DNA from: an archaeon
GTDB lineage: Archaea; Iainarchaeota; Iainarchaeia; Iainarchaeales; JAAZKV01
Reading direction: 5' to 3'
DNA length: 64,000 nucleotides
Assembly (NCBI GenBank): GCA_041664905.1
Contig: JBAYJX010000001.1
Span: 3,063-67,062 of the forward strand
This document shows, piece by piece, positions 9,103 to 19,819 of this stretch. Position 1 is the stretch's first letter. Each line of letters begins with the position of its first letter. The position numbers and the translations under genes were made by a program. The notes beneath the pieces are model-generated. The model was not told where the DNA came from. It searched no databases and saw nothing but the letters and a program-made list of their open reading frames with translations.

Positions 9103-10395
9103 CTAAGCCTTTATTTCAGTTTTGCCATTCATATAAGGCACAAGTGCTTTTGGAATTCTAATTGTACCTTCAGGAGTTTGGTAGTTCTCAATTAATACAC
9201 GAAGAGTTCTTGTTGTTGGAACCATTGTGTTATTTAATGTGTGAACGTACTCTTTTGTTCCATCAGCTTTCTTGTACTTTATGTTAAGTCTTACCGCTTG
9301 ATAAGCAGTACAATTCGAGCAGCTCCCAAGTTCAATATATTTTTGTTCTCTTGGAGACCAACCTTCAAGATCAAACTTCTTTGCCGCAACAACACCCATA
9401 TCGCCAGTACAAACATTAACTACGCGATAAGGTATCTCAAGTTTTTGGAAAAATATTTCCTGATTCTTTGAAATACTATCAAACTCTTTCCAAGAATCCT
9501 CGGGCTTGCACAAAATTACTTGTTCAATCTTATTGAATTGATGAACTCTAAAAAATCCTCTTTCATCAAGACCGTGTTTTCCAATTTCTTTTCTAAAACA
9601 AGGACTCATTCCAGCAAACCTAATTGGAGTATTCAAATCTTTTTCTTCAAAAGTCTCATCCATGTACATTGAAACCATTGGGTGCTCAGATGTTGCAATC
9701 ATATAATGATCCTCACCATCAATTTTGTACATTACACTTTCAAAGTCACCAAGATCTGTTACCCCTGAATACGCTTTCCTATTCATCATCAAAGGAGGCT
9801 GAATTGGAATAAATCCTTTTTCCATTAGTATATCAAGTGCGAGTCTTTGAAGAGCTAAATCAAGTAAAGCTAAGTCACCTTTGAGGTAAAAAAATCCTTC
9901 ACCTGCAATCTTAACCGCCCTATCAAAATCTGCTATCCCTAAACTCTTAACTAATTCACCATGATGCTTTAGTTCAAAAGTTGGTTTAGATGCTTCCCCC
10001 CAATGCTTTATCGGAACATTCTCATCAGAGTCTTTTCCAAAAGGAACACTCTCATGCAACAAATTTGGAATACGCATTATTAATTCTTTATTTGCAAGTT
10101 CGATTTCAGCGAGTCTTGCTTCTGATTTTTTTATTTCATCAGGCAATGCACGCGCTTTCTCCATCAAAGGCTGAATATCCTGCCCCTTTCCCTTAGCCTG
10201 TTTAATTTCTTCAGTAATAGTATTACGTTTAGCACGCAAATCATCAGTTTTTTGCTTTAATTCACGCCACTCTTTATCCTGACTGACCCACGAGTCAAGC
10301 TTAGAAATAATCGAAGGGTCTCTTCGGTTCTCCAAATTCGCTTTAACTACGTCATAGTTTTCCCTAATTATTTTTGGGTCAATCAAATCAATCAC
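9103..10395 (-). CDS. serS: seryl-tRNA synthetase
   Basis: N-terminal coiled arm, PNLLHESVP, ATSEHP, FRKE..FRVHQF, ELGSCSNC, HTLN. Confidence 0.97.
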   Translation of the reverse strand: MIDLIDPKIIRENYDVVKANLENRRDPSIISKLDSWVSQDKEWRELKQKTDDLRAKRNTITEEIKQAKGKGQDIQPLMEKARALPDEIKKSEARLAEIELANKELIMRIPNLLHESVPFGKDSDENVPIKHWGEASKPTFELKHHGELVKSLGIADFDRAVKIAGEGFFYLKGDLALLDLALQRLALDILMEKGFIPIQPPLMMNRKAYSGVTDLGDFESVMYKIDGEDHYMIATSEHPMVSMYMDETFEEKDLNTPIRFAGMSPCFRKEIGKHGLDERGFFRVHQFNKIEQVILCKPEDSWKEFDSISKNQEIFFQKLEIPYRVVNVCTGDMGVVAAKKFDLEGWSPREQKYIELGSCSNCTAYQAVRLNIKYKKADGTKEYVHTLNNTMVPTTRTLRVLIENYQTPEGTIRIPKALVPYMNGKTEIKA

Positions 10396-10488
10396 CTATA
10401 AGTAATTCCCACCAAAACATTATTAAAACGGATTTTGCCTTTCGTCCAGGAAAAAGAATATTTAAACTAGTTCGGTGCAAATAATTGC

Positions 10489-11559
10489 ATGAACAAGAAA
10501 AAACTAGCCCCAATTCTAGCGGATATGCACACACACTTAAATGAAAAAAAGTTAAAACCAAAAGATTATTGGGTTGGCGTAAAAAAAAGAAAACTAGCAG
10601 TAGTAGCAATAACAGAACACTCTTATTGCAAGCCAAAAGAGGCATACTTAAAACTTAAAAATACTCAACCACCAGGAATACTGTTAATACCAGGAATGGA
10701 AGCAAAAACAAGCGCAGGGGATCTACTAATTTACGGAGAAAATGAGGAACTATACAATTTACCTCAACTTCAACAAAAAAACGCCCCAATAAAAAAAGTG
10801 CTCCAAATAATTAAAGAAAATAATTTAACTGCTAGTTTTGCTCACCCATATGGATACAAACTTGATTCTGTTTGTGTTGTCTTAGGAGAATCACAAACAC
10901 TAAAACTAATACAGGAATATGGGGTTGGAACAGAGTATTACAATGGAATGCTTGCATCAGCAAATGAATTAATGTTTGGAAGAAGCTGGGTAAAAAAAGT
11001 TTATAACTTATTTAACTTTGTTAATACAAACCGAGCAACACACGCACTAAGAATATACAAAACCACTGACTTTCCAAAGAAAAAAATGGAGAACTTAGCA
11101 GAAGATGCAGTAAACAGAGTAAGAAACGGAATGTTATTTGCGGAAAATGCACCATTTGTTAGTGTAGGGAGCGATGCACACTACCCACGTTCAATTGGAA
11201 GTTCAATAATTGAGCTAAAAAGAAAACCTAAAGACGAAAAAGAATTTATTCAAATGATAAAAAACAAAGAAACCCTTTGGAAAGGACCAAACATTTATTC
11301 AAAAACACCAATTGACAAGGTTGGAAAAAAAGAAATGGTTGAAGGGCTAGCATACCTTGCAAGAAAAAATGTTTTAAAACAAAGAAAAATCTACATAGCT
11401 GACAAAATTTCAAAGAAAATAAGGCTAAGCAAAAGAATAAAAACAATAAAAAGAATATCTAAGAAGGCAAACTTAAGCAAAATAAGGAGAAGATTGCCTA
11501 AAATAAAACTAAAAAAAAGAATAAACAATTTGAAAAAAAAAGTGGGTTTTGGAAAATGA
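10489..11559 (+). CDS. PHP-family phosphoesterase with very basic C-terminal tail
   Basis: DMHTH, ITEH, PGME, AHPY, GSDAH. Confidence 0.85.
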   Translation: MNKKKLAPILADMHTHLNEKKLKPKDYWVGVKKRKLAVVAITEHSYCKPKEAYLKLKNTQPPGILLIPGMEAKTSAGDLLIYGENEELYNLPQLQQKNAPIKKVLQIIKENNLTASFAHPYGYKLDSVCVVLGESQTLKLIQEYGVGTEYYNGMLASANELMFGRSWVKKVYNLFNFVNTNRATHALRIYKTTDFPKKKMENLAEDAVNRVRNGMLFAENAPFVSVGSDAHYPRSIGSSIIELKRKPKDEKEFIQMIKNKETLWKGPNIYSKTPIDKVGKKEMVEGLAYLARKNVLKQRKIYIADKISKKIRLSKRIKTIKRISKKANLSKIRRRLPKIKLKKRINNLKKKVGFGK

Positions 11560-11963
11560 AATATTCAATAACTGAAGACACTGATGTTGACAAGATACCA
11601 AAAGACACAACCGAAATTCATTTAGTAAGACCAATAAAAAGAGACAGATTAATGAGTTTGATCACTCGCTGTCCAATAAGAACAATTACACTATCAACTT
11701 CTTGTTTAAAACGACTTCCTGGGAAAACACAGAAAAAATTAAAGGAAAAAGGAATCTCTCTTGCTATTGAAAAAAGAAGAGGAAGAGCAATTGATATCCC
11801 AATGGATAAAATGTTACAAATAATTGAACTTAGAAAAGATTTCCAAACAGTAAGAGATATTGAAAAAATAACAGGAATACCAAAATCAACAGTACACTAC
11901 TTGATCAAATACGCTGATAGAGGAAAAATAAAGAAAGGCGCAAATGTTGTTTACTTAAAATAA
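11556..11963 (+). CDS. DUF1699-like protein with C-terminal HTH
   Basis: RRGR followed by TVRDIEKITGIPKSTVHY HTH. Confidence 0.6.
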   Translation: MKYSITEDTDVDKIPKDTTEIHLVRPIKRDRLMSLITRCPIRTITLSTSCLKRLPGKTQKKLKEKGISLAIEKRRGRAIDIPMDKMLQIIELRKDFQTVRDIEKITGIPKSTVHYLIKYADRGKIKKGANVVYLK

Positions 11964-11971
11964 ACACAAAA

Positions 11972-12967
11972 TTATCTCAAAACTTTTTTTAAGATATTAA
12001 TTGAAGAATTAAGCACTAGCTTAGCTTGGACTTTGCCTTTCCATTGAGCAGCACCCGAGTGCCCCCCAATTTCCCCGCCAATTTCTTTTTGCAACGGAAT
12101 TAACAAATCTTTTACTAAATTAAAATTGTGCTTTTCCTTAAACTCTGTTTCTGCCCTAAGAGAAAGAGTTGTGAGAGAATTCTTTTCTTCCCCGGCAACA
12201 AGAGCAATATGCGCACCAAAACTCAAGAGTTTGGTTGCTGCAGCACTTTGGTAAAAAGATAATTCGCTTGTTACCACCACAATTTCATTAATTACCTGAA
12301 TCTGGGCACGCCCAGCGGCTTTAAGGAAAGCTATTCGCTCACTATCAGGGATCTCATGCTTTGTGAAAGACAAAACATCTGAGTAAGTTCTTTTTGAGGA
12401 TTTAAGACAAGTTGCAAAAGAAGAAAATGCGCGCGCACTCCCAACTAAGAAATGACCTGTGTCTTCAAGAATTCCAATACAACAAAAAAAACTCATCTTA
12501 TTGTCAAATATGTCCAAGAAATTGTACAAAAGCTCTGTGGTTGAAACAGCAGTCTCATCAAGCATACAATTCCCTTTGTAAGAAATACACCCTTTACTAG
12601 AAACATGATGATCAAAAACAACTACATCAAGTTTTTCTTCGCTAACGCGCAAAACAAACTTATCTCTTAATTTACCAAGTTGCTCAAACCCATTCAAATC
12701 AAACAAAAGGGCAACATCAAACTCTTCAAGTTGAGGGTTTAGTATAAAAGAAACTTTTTCAGTTAAAGCCAAGTGCTGAGCCTGTTCGTTAATGTGACTC
12801 GGAATTGCAATTTTTGAATTTATTTTTTGCTTATCCAAAAATCTCTGCATTATTGCAGCCGAACAAAAAGAATCAAGATCAGCATTCTCATGACACAACA
12901 AAAGAACACGCTTATCCTTACACAACGCAATTAATTTATTTTGATTAAATTCAGGCATAGAAACCAA
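11972..12967 (-). CDS. DHH/DHHA1 phosphoesterase
   Basis: HENADLD, FDHH, EDTGHF, GGHSGAA; usual neighbour of prefoldin beta. Confidence 0.9.
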   Translation of the reverse strand: MVSMPEFNQNKLIALCKDKRVLLLCHENADLDSFCSAAIMQRFLDKQKINSKIAIPSHINEQAQHLALTEKVSFILNPQLEEFDVALLFDLNGFEQLGKLRDKFVLRVSEEKLDVVVFDHHVSSKGCISYKGNCMLDETAVSTTELLYNFLDIFDNKMSFFCCIGILEDTGHFLVGSARAFSSFATCLKSSKRTYSDVLSFTKHEIPDSERIAFLKAAGRAQIQVINEIVVVTSELSFYQSAAATKLLSFGAHIALVAGEEKNSLTTLSLRAETEFKEKHNFNLVKDLLIPLQKEIGGEIGGHSGAAQWKGKVQAKLVLNSSINILKKVLR

Positions 12968-13086
12968 GAGTACTATGGAAGAAGAGGTTATTATAAGTTA
13001 CTAAATTTAATTAGACAAACTTTTGACAAAAATAATTTTAAAATGCGGCTTTGCGTCTAAATTAACGCAAAACCAAAAATAGTCAA

Positions 13087-13470
13087 TTACTTTCTTTTAT
13101 TTTCTTTCTTATCTTCCTTAGCATCTTCTTTCTCAGAACCCTCTTTTTCAGTCCCTTCAATCTTTGCTCTGATTGAATTAAGTTTCTTTATCAAAAGTTC
13201 TTCTTGTTTATCAAAAGTCTTTTGTCTTAGTTCAACACTTTCTTTCTTTTCTTTTAATTCTTTTTCCATTTCCCTAGCATCTTTTTGAAACAAAACATTT
13301 CCAACAACTTTGTAAACAGTCTTTTCTTTTGTTTTAGCTAATTCTTCAAGAGAAGCATCAATCATTTCAAGTTGCATTGCAGTTTGCTGCTTTTGTTGAG
13401 ACACACCAGCCAACATTTGTCTATTCCTCTCAAAATCAAGTATCATTGATCTCTGTTCTTCCTCATTCAT
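13087..13470 (-). CDS. pfdB: prefoldin beta subunit
   Basis: coiled coils flanking VYKVVGNVL; operon context. Confidence 0.92.
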   Translation of the reverse strand: MNEEEQRSMILDFERNRQMLAGVSQQKQQTAMQLEMIDASLEELAKTKEKTVYKVVGNVLFQKDAREMEKELKEKKESVELRQKTFDKQEELLIKKLNSIRAKIEGTEKEGSEKEDAKEDKKENKRK

Positions 13471-13490
13471 GTTAATTCCTCCAAAAATAA

Positions 13491-13757
13491 TTAATTTATT
13501 TCCTCAAGCTGCATAAACAACACTATCGGCTTTAGAAAAGAGTTAAGCGAAGCCCTTAAAGCTGTTTTGTCTTGAGCCGAAACAGTTATTTCTAACCTAT
13601 TTTCTTTTTGAGCAACTTTTGTTTTGCTTTGCAAAAATTCTTCTGCTAGCTCCGGTTGTATTGATTTAAAGAATCTCTTAGCTTGATTTTTTGAATCAAA
13701 GTCAAGTTTTAATTCAAGCGAAAACATAAAAATAAAAGCTAGGTCGAACGCGACCAA
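13491..13757 (-). CDS. pcc1: KEOPS subunit Pcc1 (true start probably internal MFSLE)
   Basis: AQDKTALRASLNSFL motif; lies between rpoP and pfdB. Confidence 0.85.
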   Translation of the reverse strand: MVAFDLAFIFMFSLELKLDFDSKNQAKRFFKSIQPELAEEFLQSKTKVAQKENRLEITVSAQDKTALRASLNSFLKPIVLFMQLEEIN

Positions 13758-13768
13758 GCAAGAACTAA

Positions 13769-13903
13769 TTATTCGGCTTTAATAGATTTAGTTATTGGTT
13801 CTCTTGTTTTGTAAAGTATTCTATATCCACAAGAAGGGCATCGAACTAATCCTTCAGAAACATTAGTAACTTCAGTTCCGCACTTAGCGCATTTGTAAGC
13901 CAT
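13769..13903 (-). CDS. rpoP: RNA polymerase subunit P (Rpo12), 44 aa; not in ORF track
   Basis: manual translation MAYKCAKCG..VRCPSCGYRILYKTR; directly after rpl37ae. Confidence 0.93.
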   Translation of the reverse strand: MAYKCAKCGTEVTNVSEGLVRCPSCGYRILYKTREPITKSIKAE

Positions 13904-13914
13904 TTAATCCACCC

Positions 13915-14319
13915 TTAGTTTTCCTCTAATACTTGCTCTTTTTTACTTTCTTTCTTTTCTTCTTTTGGTGATTCACCAGTAAGAGCTTTTTCTACTTCTC
14001 TTTCAATATCAGAGAAAGAAGATTCTTGTGCTTTAGCTAAAACTTCAGCTCCAGCTAAAAACTGTTTTTGAGTAATCATTTTTTTAATTGTTTTACCAAT
14101 TAAAGTTTGTGGTTCGTATGCTCCGCCAGTAAATTTAGCGTCACATTTTTTGCATAAAAATAATCCAGGAGCTGGTCGAGTTACTTTTGAAAATCCGCAA
14201 AAAGGACAAGGATCATTCTTGTTCATTTTTTTTGCTACAGCTAAAACTCTTTTCTTTATTCCAACACCATATCTTGCGTGGTATCTTCCAGTCATTCCAA
14301 CTTTTTTAGTATTTCCCAT
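13915..14319 (-). CDS. rpl37ae: 50S ribosomal protein L37Ae (eL43) with charged C-terminal extension
   Basis: TKKVG..GRY.ARYG, CPFC..CKKC, FTGGAY. Confidence 0.93.
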   Translation of the reverse strand: MGNTKKVGMTGRYHARYGVGIKKRVLAVAKKMNKNDPCPFCGFSKVTRPAPGLFLCKKCDAKFTGGAYEPQTLIGKTIKKMITQKQFLAGAEVLAKAQESSFSDIEREVEKALTGESPKEEKKESKKEQVLEEN

Positions 14320-14370
14320 TCAATGCTCACCAATAACAAATTTATCAAAGACAAAGCTTTAAAAACTTCG

Positions 14371-14399
14371 GGCAAGGGTCAAATTTTCTAACCCTTGCC
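14371..14399. terminator. 9-bp perfect inverted repeat between rrp42 and rpl37ae
   Basis: GGCAAGGGT-N11-ACCCTTGCC. Confidence 0.45.
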
Positions 14400-14417
14400 A
14401 AAGTCTTACGCTTTAAC

Positions 14418-15218
14418 TTACTTTTTCACCATTTTTAGGAGTTTCTTTCGATTCTCCGTAGCTATCATGAATGCTTTATCAACCATGACACTTATCTCAT
14501 CAGCAGTAAATGAACCGCCTATTCCTTTTTGCATAGCACTCATATAACCATCTTCAGTTGTTGCAACCGAAAATCGTGCTTCAGCAGCTTTTTCTTCAAA
14601 GTATGTTGGATCAACTAAAATCTTTCCACCAACTTTTACAAAAGTTGTTAATAATGGAAGTCTCTTTAGTTCAAGTTTTCCAGCGTACTCGTGTTTAATT
14701 ATTCTATTTTTCTCATCAAGCTTAGGCATTTTTGCATTCAAAAATGCAGCTAGACCTGCAAGTGAACCTGCATCGAAAAGATTTCCATCAGAGTTAATTG
14801 CGTAGAAATCCATGAAAGCTATCCAGCAAGATTCCCCTTCTTTTATACAAAGTTTAGTGAAGTCAATTGCTTTACTTTCTCTAATTCCTCTATCAACTAC
14901 TCTTGCTACTTCAATCTCATCTGGCGAAGGTGGACCAGCTTCATATTCAGAGTGAGCTAACGGTAATAATTCCGCCCCAACTGAAATTGCTCCTTCATCT
15001 GGATTATCAGGATACGGTTTATCAACAGCAATTTTTATTCCTGCGATAACTTCAGTTTCTCCTAATAATATTCTTGCCGAACCTTCAGCGTTTTCGTATT
15101 TATCGTTCTCTATTGTGAAGTCTCTCATTTCGTCAAGCCCTCTTCCGTCAAGTCTCTTTCCCTGTTTAGCCAGTTCAATTACTTTTGACAAATCATATTC
15201 AAGTACTGTAGTTCTCAT
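14418..15218 (-). CDS. rrp42: exosome subunit Rrp42
   Basis: RLDGR, AEGSA, PYPDNP, ARVVDRGIRES, DGNLFDA. Confidence 0.95.
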   Translation of the reverse strand: MRTTVLEYDLSKVIELAKQGKRLDGRGLDEMRDFTIENDKYENAEGSARILLGETEVIAGIKIAVDKPYPDNPDEGAISVGAELLPLAHSEYEAGPPSPDEIEVARVVDRGIRESKAIDFTKLCIKEGESCWIAFMDFYAINSDGNLFDAGSLAGLAAFLNAKMPKLDEKNRIIKHEYAGKLELKRLPLLTTFVKVGGKILVDPTYFEEKAAEARFSVATTEDGYMSAMQKGIGGSFTADEISVMVDKAFMIATENRKKLLKMVKK

Positions 15219-16072
15219 TTTTTCACCTTCTTAGCTTTGCTTTCTTTATTATCTTTTTTGCTTTCTACTTTTTCTTTAGCAGCAGGAACTTCTTTAACTT
15301 CTTTTCCAGCTACATTTGCTTCAACATTAGCTTCTGAAACTTCAGAAAGCTTGAATTTATCTTGCAAAGCTTTTTTCTGAACTTCGTAAACTTGCTTACA
15401 AGCTTTCATAGCCATTGGCATTAACTTGTCAAGTTCTTCTTTCTTCAAAAGTCCATCCATTTGTAGTAGAACAATTTCTTCTGAGTTAGGCAATATCGCA
15501 ATAGGGATATCAACTGCATCCGAAGCATCTTCTTCTTCCTTGTTCAAATCAACAATTAATTCGTTGAATGCTTTACCTATTCCTGTTGCACAAACCAAAT
15601 CTCTCATTGGTATACCTGCATCAGCTAAAGCACAAGAAGCAGCAGTTAAGCAAGCAACTCTTGAACCAGCATTTGAATCAACAACTTCAACTATTACTGA
15701 AATTTCTGTATTAGGAAATTGTTCAGTGAAAATTGCTCTATCAAGTGCTTCACTTAATACTTTTGAGATTTCAAAATCTCTTCTATTAGGTCTAGGTTGT
15801 TTTCTTTCAGGAACCGAGAAAGTTGCCATTCTATAATTCAACTTTACAACAGTCTTGTAAGGATTCTGTGTGTGCTTTGGCAAAGCTTCTCTCGGCCCGA
15901 ACACTGCAGCATAAACCTTGTTTTGTCCCCATTCAAGATAAGCTGAACCGTCTGCATTAGGTAGCACGCCTACCTTAATACTAATTGGTCTTAACTCATC
16001 CATTTTTCTTCCGTCTACTCTTTTTTTCTCCTTCTTATAATCAGGAGCGTCATCTCGTTGTTTTCCACTCAT
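15215..16072 (-). CDS. rrp41: exosome subunit Rrp41
   Basis: RVDGR, ADGSA, FGPRE, ALADAGIPMRDL; start refined to MSGK (AGGTGA SD). Confidence 0.95.
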   Translation of the reverse strand: MSGKQRDDAPDYKKEKKRVDGRKMDELRPISIKVGVLPNADGSAYLEWGQNKVYAAVFGPREALPKHTQNPYKTVVKLNYRMATFSVPERKQPRPNRRDFEISKVLSEALDRAIFTEQFPNTEISVIVEVVDSNAGSRVACLTAASCALADAGIPMRDLVCATGIGKAFNELIVDLNKEEEDASDAVDIPIAILPNSEEIVLLQMDGLLKKEELDKLMPMAMKACKQVYEVQKKALQDKFKLSEVSEANVEANVAGKEVKEVPAAKEKVESKKDNKESKAKKVKK

Positions 16073-16097
16073 ATCATTCACCTTAAACATTATCTCC

Positions 16098-16808
16098 TTA
16101 ATTTGTTTCTGCATCAGGCAGAACTTCGCTTTCTTCCATAGTTTCTGATTCTTCAACATTCTTTTTTACAATATCTTCTTTCTTTGGAACATTAACTTGA
16201 ATTCCTTCTGCTTTAAAGAAAGCTTCTACAGAACTTGTCAAATTGCTTTTGTATGAATTATCATTAATGAACTTTACAACTTTTCTAAGCAAATCAATAT
16301 TTCCGTTTCTTGCCCATACTCTGCCGTTTTTTCCAATAACAATTTCGCACCCAGTTCCTTGCTTTAATAATTCAAGCATTGAACCATTCTTTCCAATTAA
16401 CCGTGGAGTTCTAACAGGAATTACTTCTACAACATCCCCGCCATACATTCTTCTCGGAAAACCTAAATCAGCTTCTCTTAACTCGTTAACACTAGTTATT
16501 TTTGCTGAAACAAGGTCACCTATTTTTAGTTCTTCTCTCATCGCTGATTTTGGGATAAAAGATTCTGTGAAAGAATTAATATTCACACCATATCCTGCGA
16601 ACACTACTCTATTCACTACCCCAATTACTACGTCTTCCTGTTGAGGGACATATTTTCCTTCAAGAGGAACAACACTTGCTTTTTCATCATCTAACTCTGT
16701 TATTCCAAGCACTTTGGAATAAATTTTGCCATCAACAACAAATACATTGTTACCTAGGCGTTTTCTTTCCTGAGAAATTAATTCTCCGGGTATTACCAAT
16801 TTCTTCAT
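16098..16808 (-). CDS. rrp4: exosome RNA-binding subunit Rrp4
   Basis: VIPGE, S1 domain, PRLIGKNGSM KH motif, IGKNGRVW. Confidence 0.93.
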   Translation of the reverse strand: MKKLVIPGELISQERKRLGNNVFVVDGKIYSKVLGITELDDEKASVVPLEGKYVPQQEDVVIGVVNRVVFAGYGVNINSFTESFIPKSAMREELKIGDLVSAKITSVNELREADLGFPRRMYGGDVVEVIPVRTPRLIGKNGSMLELLKQGTGCEIVIGKNGRVWARNGNIDLLRKVVKFINDNSYKSNLTSSVEAFFKAEGIQVNVPKKEDIVKKNVEESETMEESEVLPDAETN

Positions 16809-16842
16809 TCATTCACCTTCGTAAAAATCCTTTTTTAATTTT

Positions 16843-17544
16843 TCAAATCGCTGTCCCAATTATTTTAACTACTACTTCTCCATGAGTTATTGAATTAAGT
16901 TCGTTTAGTAAATCCTGTTGGGACCCAGCAGGAAGAATAAACTCCGCTACTAATGAACCATCATTAAGCCATTCCTCTTTTTTTAATTCAAACTTATGAA
17001 TAACACTTGCACATCTCCCAGCATACGCAGCAGGAACTTTAATTGCGAAATCAACTTTCTCCATTGAAATTGGTAAAGTGTGTCTTAGAGCTTTAACAAT
17101 TTCATTAACCTGTTCTTCAACACTCTTAAACGCATCAATATGAACTTTTTCTATCTCCATTGCATTCTCAATTCTCTGTGGCGGATGCGGAGTCTTTGTT
17201 TGAGGATTAATTGTGTTTCTTGAAATAAAATTAATTATTTCAAGTCTTCGCTTTTCAAGCATTAATCTCCTTTGCTCAGTTGTTAATTGAACTTCCCCGT
17301 CTTGAATAATTTTTTTTGCAATTGCTTCCAAATCTTTTGTTCCAAAAGCCTTGATTAAATTCTCAGGACTTTGTTCATCCCCAATTTTGTGATCCTTAAA
17401 CACTCGCTCAATTGCAAGCAACTTATCAAGTGGCACAGTCTTACCGTGTTTTACTTCCATCACAATAGTAGGATCAACTAATATTTCGAACTTGAAACCA
17501 AATCTTTCCAGGCGCGCAACAACCGCATCCTCAACTCTTACCAT
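16843..17544 (-). CDS. ribosome maturation protein SBDS/Sdo1
   Basis: [36 protein letters not shown]; start refined to MVRVED. Confidence 0.95.
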   Translation of the reverse strand: MVRVEDAVVARLERFGFKFEILVDPTIVMEVKHGKTVPLDKLLAIERVFKDHKIGDEQSPENLIKAFGTKDLEAIAKKIIQDGEVQLTTEQRRLMLEKRRLEIINFISRNTINPQTKTPHPPQRIENAMEIEKVHIDAFKSVEEQVNEIVKALRHTLPISMEKVDFAIKVPAAYAGRCASVIHKFELKKEEWLNDGSLVAEFILPAGSQQDLLNELNSITHGEVVVKIIGTAI

Positions 17545-17633
17545 ACTCTTTCCTTCTTCATTGATTTGTCCAAAAAGCTTTTCCTTTTGTTTCACTTTTG
17601 GACATTTAAGTCAATTAATATAAAGCATTCAAT

Positions 17634-18362
17634 TTACTTGAATGCGCTCTTAAGTTCCTTTTCAGTTAAGTGTCTAAAACCTTTTTTATCAACAATTGCA
17701 AACTCTACTCTTCCAAGAGAAATCTTTTCTTTCTCAGGCATACTTTTTTCTAAAGCTTTATAGCACATTGCAACTGCATCCGTAAGTGCTAAACCTTCTT
17801 TGAATTCTTTTTCAAAAACTTCCATTGCTTTATCCTTATTTCTTCCAACAGCAATAGCTTTGTATTCTGCTAAAGCACCACTAGGTTCAGTCTCAAATAA
17901 CTTTGCACCCTTTTCATCAAATCCGCCAATTATAAAAGCAACTCCAAATGGTCTTAATCCACCGTATTGAGTAAAAGCTTGTTTAGTTTCAGCTATTTCT
18001 TTAGCCATTACTTCAACTTGAATATTTTCAGAGTAAACCATTTTGTTGTCTTGCGCCTGTCTTCTTGCAATACCAACTAATCTTCTAGCATCCCCAACAA
18101 GTCCAGCAGAAACAACCGCAATATTGTGATCAATTTTAAATATTTTTTCAATTGACTCAGGAATAACAAGTCTACTTGTAATACTCTTATCAGCGGCCAA
18201 AACTACTCCGCCTTCAAAAATTATTCCTACCCCAGTTGAACCTTGTTCAACTATCTTTGAGGCATACTCTACCTGGTAAAGTCTACCATCAGGCGAAAAC
18301 ATTGTAGCAGCCTTATCATAAGCTGGAACCTTTGAATTTTGCATTGGATACATCAAAAACAC
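17634..18362 (-). CDS. psmA: proteasome alpha subunit
   Basis: YD..TMFSPDGRLYQVEYA, GGLRPFGV. Confidence 0.97.
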   Translation of the reverse strand: MFLMYPMQNSKVPAYDKAATMFSPDGRLYQVEYASKIVEQGSTGVGIIFEGGVVLAADKSITSRLVIPESIEKIFKIDHNIAVVSAGLVGDARRLVGIARRQAQDNKMVYSENIQVEVMAKEIAETKQAFTQYGGLRPFGVAFIIGGFDEKGAKLFETEPSGALAEYKAIAVGRNKDKAMEVFEKEFKEGLALTDAVAMCYKALEKSMPEKEKISLGRVEFAIVDKKGFRHLTEKELKSAFK

Positions 18363-18565
18363 ACTCCTTAATCCTGTCTCTCAAATTCTTTTATTTTAAA
18401 AATAACTTAATTCTACTCTACTTTTTCCTACTTTGCGCTTAAAAAGAAATCGTTAAGAACACTTAAATTTAGTGTCTGTTTTTCTTTGACGTGTACAAAC
18501 TAATAGCCCTTGGAATGGTTTAAAAAGCTTATTTTGGGGCTAAAATAAGCCGAAAACATTAATTA

Positions 18566-19507
18566 CTAATCCCCATAAATTTGATCATAAGAAAGACCAT
18601 CACTTATTTCAATCAGACTTGGAGTTGACGTCAGCTGACCAACCCCCACATAAGACTCATTTGAGTTCCCTATTTTAGTCGGTTGGGTAGTTTCAATGAA
18701 ACAATATCCACTATTTTTATAACTACCTTGTAAAGGGCATTTTATCCCAACAGCTTGGTGGTTTTCTTTTTTAAACTCGAATATTGCGACCCCATATCCA
18801 AGTTCCCTCAACAAGTAAGCAAGCAATTCCGATTTTTCTCCACAAAGACCTGTATTAGTATATAACACTTCATAAGGATATTTGTTGCCGCGAATATTTT
18901 TATTAAACCCACTCCAATCATAAGGTATATTTTGAACTAAACTTACAGCGACCCTTACTTTCTTATAATTAGGGATATCTAATGCATTTATGGCATTTAC
19001 AAGTGGATACAAGTACTCTCTTTGAGTATAATTGTTCAAATCCCTTATTAAAAAATCCTTCTCACTCGGAGGAAAAACGCGATAAAAAATTTCTCTTGGT
19101 AAACTTGCTAAGTAATCATTGACCCCTTTGTAAGCAATTCCTGTAAAAGCATGATCTTGTGAATCTAATGTATAATTTAATATTATTTCTTTAGGGTTTT
19201 CAGTTAGTGTTTGAGCATCGGGCACAGGAGATTGAAGGTTAATTCCGAAAATTAAAAAATAAAAGAAGCCCCCCAATAATAAAAGAAATATTCCCCAACT
19301 TATTAACCCAAATAAGATAGAAACTATTTTTTCAATAACTGAGGTTGATTGAGTTTCCACTTGCTTTATCGTTGTTCGCTTTTTTTCCCACGATAGTACT
19401 TGTTTGTCAATTTTTTCAAAATAACAACGTGAACATAAACCGCTTGAATAGTAATATTTTTTTCTTATTGGAAACCCACATTTTTTACAATGAAACATAT
19501 AACTCAC
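18566..19507 (-). CDS. membrane-anchored transglutaminase-like protein with N-terminal Zn ribbon
   Basis: CKKC..CSRC, one TM segment, GLCGEKS..HQAVGI..IETT (Cys-His-Glu). Confidence 0.75.
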   Translation of the reverse strand: MSYMFHCKKCGFPIRKKYYYSSGLCSRCYFEKIDKQVLSWEKKRTTIKQVETQSTSVIEKIVSILFGLISWGIFLLLLGGFFYFLIFGINLQSPVPDAQTLTENPKEIILNYTLDSQDHAFTGIAYKGVNDYLASLPREIFYRVFPPSEKDFLIRDLNNYTQREYLYPLVNAINALDIPNYKKVRVAVSLVQNIPYDWSGFNKNIRGNKYPYEVLYTNTGLCGEKSELLAYLLRELGYGVAIFEFKKENHQAVGIKCPLQGSYKNSGYCFIETTQPTKIGNSNESYVGVGQLTSTPSLIEISDGLSYDQIYGD

Positions 19508-19779
19508 TTTGTTAACCGTTTTCGCTTGAATTTTTGTTTACTTTGCTTTTTTCGAGTTTCATCAATACCCAATTGGTAAGCAAATATTTCCAAAGCAATA
19601 GCAATACCTAAAATTGTAAGAAATAAACCAATTGTATTCAACATTGCGGCATTACCAGTCCCGTTTACGAGAATTGACAAAATTAACGCAAGTATTGAAA
19701 GGAATATATAACCAAATCCAACCCACCGGATTACACAAGACCATTTCACACGTACCACTTTCTGAAGATAACAATACAA
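19504..19779 (-). CDS. small 2-TM membrane protein
   Basis: two hydrophobic segments, basic tail; overlaps next gene by 4 nt; start uncertain. Confidence 0.5.
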   Translation of the reverse strand: MYCYLQKVVRVKWSCVIRWVGFGYIFLSILALILSILVNGTGNAAMLNTIGLFLTILGIAIALEIFAYQLGIDETRKKQSKQKFKRKRLTK

Positions 19780-19819
19780 AAGTGCTTAAATATCAATTGA
19801 ACGGCACACAACAAATCCA